Assembly (NCBI GenBank): GCA_021825655.1
Contig: JAKAGU010000002.1
Coordinates: forward strand, 13,129 to 77,128
DNA length: 64,000 nt
From: a bacterium
GTDB taxonomy: Bacteria > Patescibacteriota > Doudnabacteria > UBA920
Direction: 5' to 3'
This document shows, piece by piece, positions 63,020 to 64,000 of this stretch (position 1 is its first letter; the number at the start of each line of letters is the position of its first letter). The position numbers and the translations under genes are program-made. The notes under the pieces were generated by a model. The model was not told the origin of the DNA, made no database searches, and worked only from the letters and a program-made list of their open reading frames with translations.

Positions 63020-63402
63020 TGCCTGTTTTTGTTTTTGTCCAAATAATTTTGCAGTAAAATCTGGGCGGCCAGACTGTCCAGATTTTTTTTGCCCCCGGAC
63101 AAATGCTGGGCCATGACCGAGGTCAGCCGTTCGTCAATCACATCCACGGTTACGCCCGTGATTTTTTCCAAATCATCGCTGAAATTTTTTACCTCCAGAG
63201 TTTTTTTGGTTTCCCGGCCCGCCATGTTTATCGGCCAGCCCACCACGATCTTTTCCACTTCTTGGTCCGCAACCAGCCGGCTAATTTTCTTCCAAAAATC
63301 CTTGGGCGACAATATATCCAGCTCCCTGGCAAAGGTTAACCCCTCGTCGCTGATTGCCAGGCCAATCCTTTTTTCACCATAATCAATACCTAAAATCTTC
63401 AT
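63016..63402 (-). CDS. ruvX: Holliday-junction resolvase-like RNase RuvX (YqgF)
   Basis: MKILGIDYGEKRIGLAISD, acidic catalytic residues and a conserved C-terminal LLQNYL. Confidence 0.85.
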   Translation of the reverse strand: MKILGIDYGEKRIGLAISDEGLTFARELDILSPKDFWKKISRLVADQEVEKIVVGWPINMAGRETKKTLEVKNFSDDLEKITGVTVDVIDERLTSVMAQHLSGGKKNLDSLAAQILLQNYLDKNKNRQ

Positions 63403-64000
63403 CTACTTGGCTTCTTCCAGGGTTACGTTTACCAGTTTTTCCGCGCCTTTGTGGTAAATTTTTAAAACCACGACATCGCCGACTTCCTTGTTTTTTAAAA
63501 GTCCGCTGAGCGTATTGCTGCCATCGACTTTTTGGCCATCCACTTCCAAAATAATGTCGTTCTCCATAATGCCGGCCTTATCGGCAGGACTGCCGGGGAC
63601 AACGGCGAAATCGGTCGTTTTGTCGCCCCTCACCACCAGGGCGCCGTACTCGCGCGGCAATTTTTCGCTCTGCGCCATGGCTTTGTCTATCATAACGTAC
63701 CGCACGCCCAAAAAAGGACGGACGATTTTCTTGTACTTTTCAAAACTGCCTAGGGCTCGAGCCGCATCACTTGCGGGGATGGCAAACCCCACCAGCTGGC
63801 CCTGCTGGTCAATGGCGGTATTAACCCCCACGACGTCTCCCGACAAATCTAAAAGCGGGCCGCCGCTGTTGCCGGGATTAATGGCCGCATCCGTCTGGAT
63901 TACGCCGTCCAACTGTTCACTGCTGTTGCCCGAACCCGCGGTAATACTCCGGCCCACGCCGGAAACAATCCCGCTGGTTACGGTGTTCTGGTACTGTCCG
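63403..64000 (-). CDS. htrA: HtrA/DegP-family serine protease, partial (PDZ domain and C-terminal part of protease domain; N-terminus beyond window end)
   Basis: [21 protein letters not shown] (catalytic Ser region) followed by a PDZ domain. The frame stays open to the window edge. Confidence 0.8.
   Translation of the reverse strand, partial: GQYQNTVTSGIVSGVGRSITAGSGNSSEQLDGVIQTDAAINPGNSGGPLLDLSGDVVGVNTAIDQQGQLVGFAIPASDAARALGSFEKYKKIVRPFLGVRYVMIDKAMAQSEKLPREYGALVVRGDKTTDFAVVPGSPADKAGIMENDIILEVDGQKVDGSNTLSGLLKNKEVGDVVVLKIYHKGAEKLVNVTLEEAK

Noticed and set aside
1-64000. Mobile elements, prophage, toxin-antitoxin or defence-island genes
   Set aside because: No transposase, integrase, recombinase, phage structural, restriction-modification or Cas-like motifs were seen in any frame. 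The only repeats are the short elements listed in the features.

Overview
This 64 kb window looks like a compact, mostly minus-strand-coded bacterial chromosome segment, probably from an uncultivated lineage, with GC near 50%. I see no transposase, integrase, CRISPR array or rRNA.

Recognisable genes:
- Housekeeping: pyrD, hisS, a NUDIX hydrolase, an HD phosphohydrolase, and a truncated dcw cluster mraZ-rsmH-ftsL-ftsI followed by adenosine deaminase.
- Cell shape and repair: mreB, dinB, rnhA, recJ, ruvX and a partial htrA at the right edge.
- Sugar-phosphate metabolism: a glycolysis / pentose-phosphate cluster gpmI-pgk-gap-(PfkB kinase)-rpe-rpiB-tpiA-galT.
- Three unusually archaeal- or eukaryote-like metabolic genes: an archaeal-type PEP carboxylase, a type II (eukaryote-like) glutamine synthetase and a SemiSWEET (PQ-loop) transporter.
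- Two tRNAs read from the sequence: tRNA-Gly(CCC) and tRNA-Gln(UUG).
- Two two-component systems.
- An ECF sigma / anti-sigma / MacAB-type efflux / PAP2 operon.

Second-look candidates:
- A minus-strand cluster combining an ApbE flavin transferase, two membrane-anchored FMN-binding (SGAT flavinylation motif) proteins, an SH3b membrane protein, a membrane-embedded FNR-like FAD/NAD(P)H oxidoreductase, a secreted beta-propeller protein and an OmpR-type two-component system. I predict this is a flavin-based trans-envelope electron-transfer module.
- A perfect 30-bp x5 tandem repeat encoding a small secreted repeat peptide.
- A promoter- and terminator-bounded candidate sRNA of about 240 nt upstream of glnII.
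- An island of paralogous secreted cysteine-containing proteins at the left edge.
- A pair of roughly 48-bp palindromic intergenic repeats.
- Two tandem HTH-like proteins with Lys/Pro-rich basic tails.
- A GTGGN x4 direct-repeat array upstream of mraZ that looks like an MraZ operator.

All functional calls are motif-level inferences from the translated ORFs. I ran no database searches.
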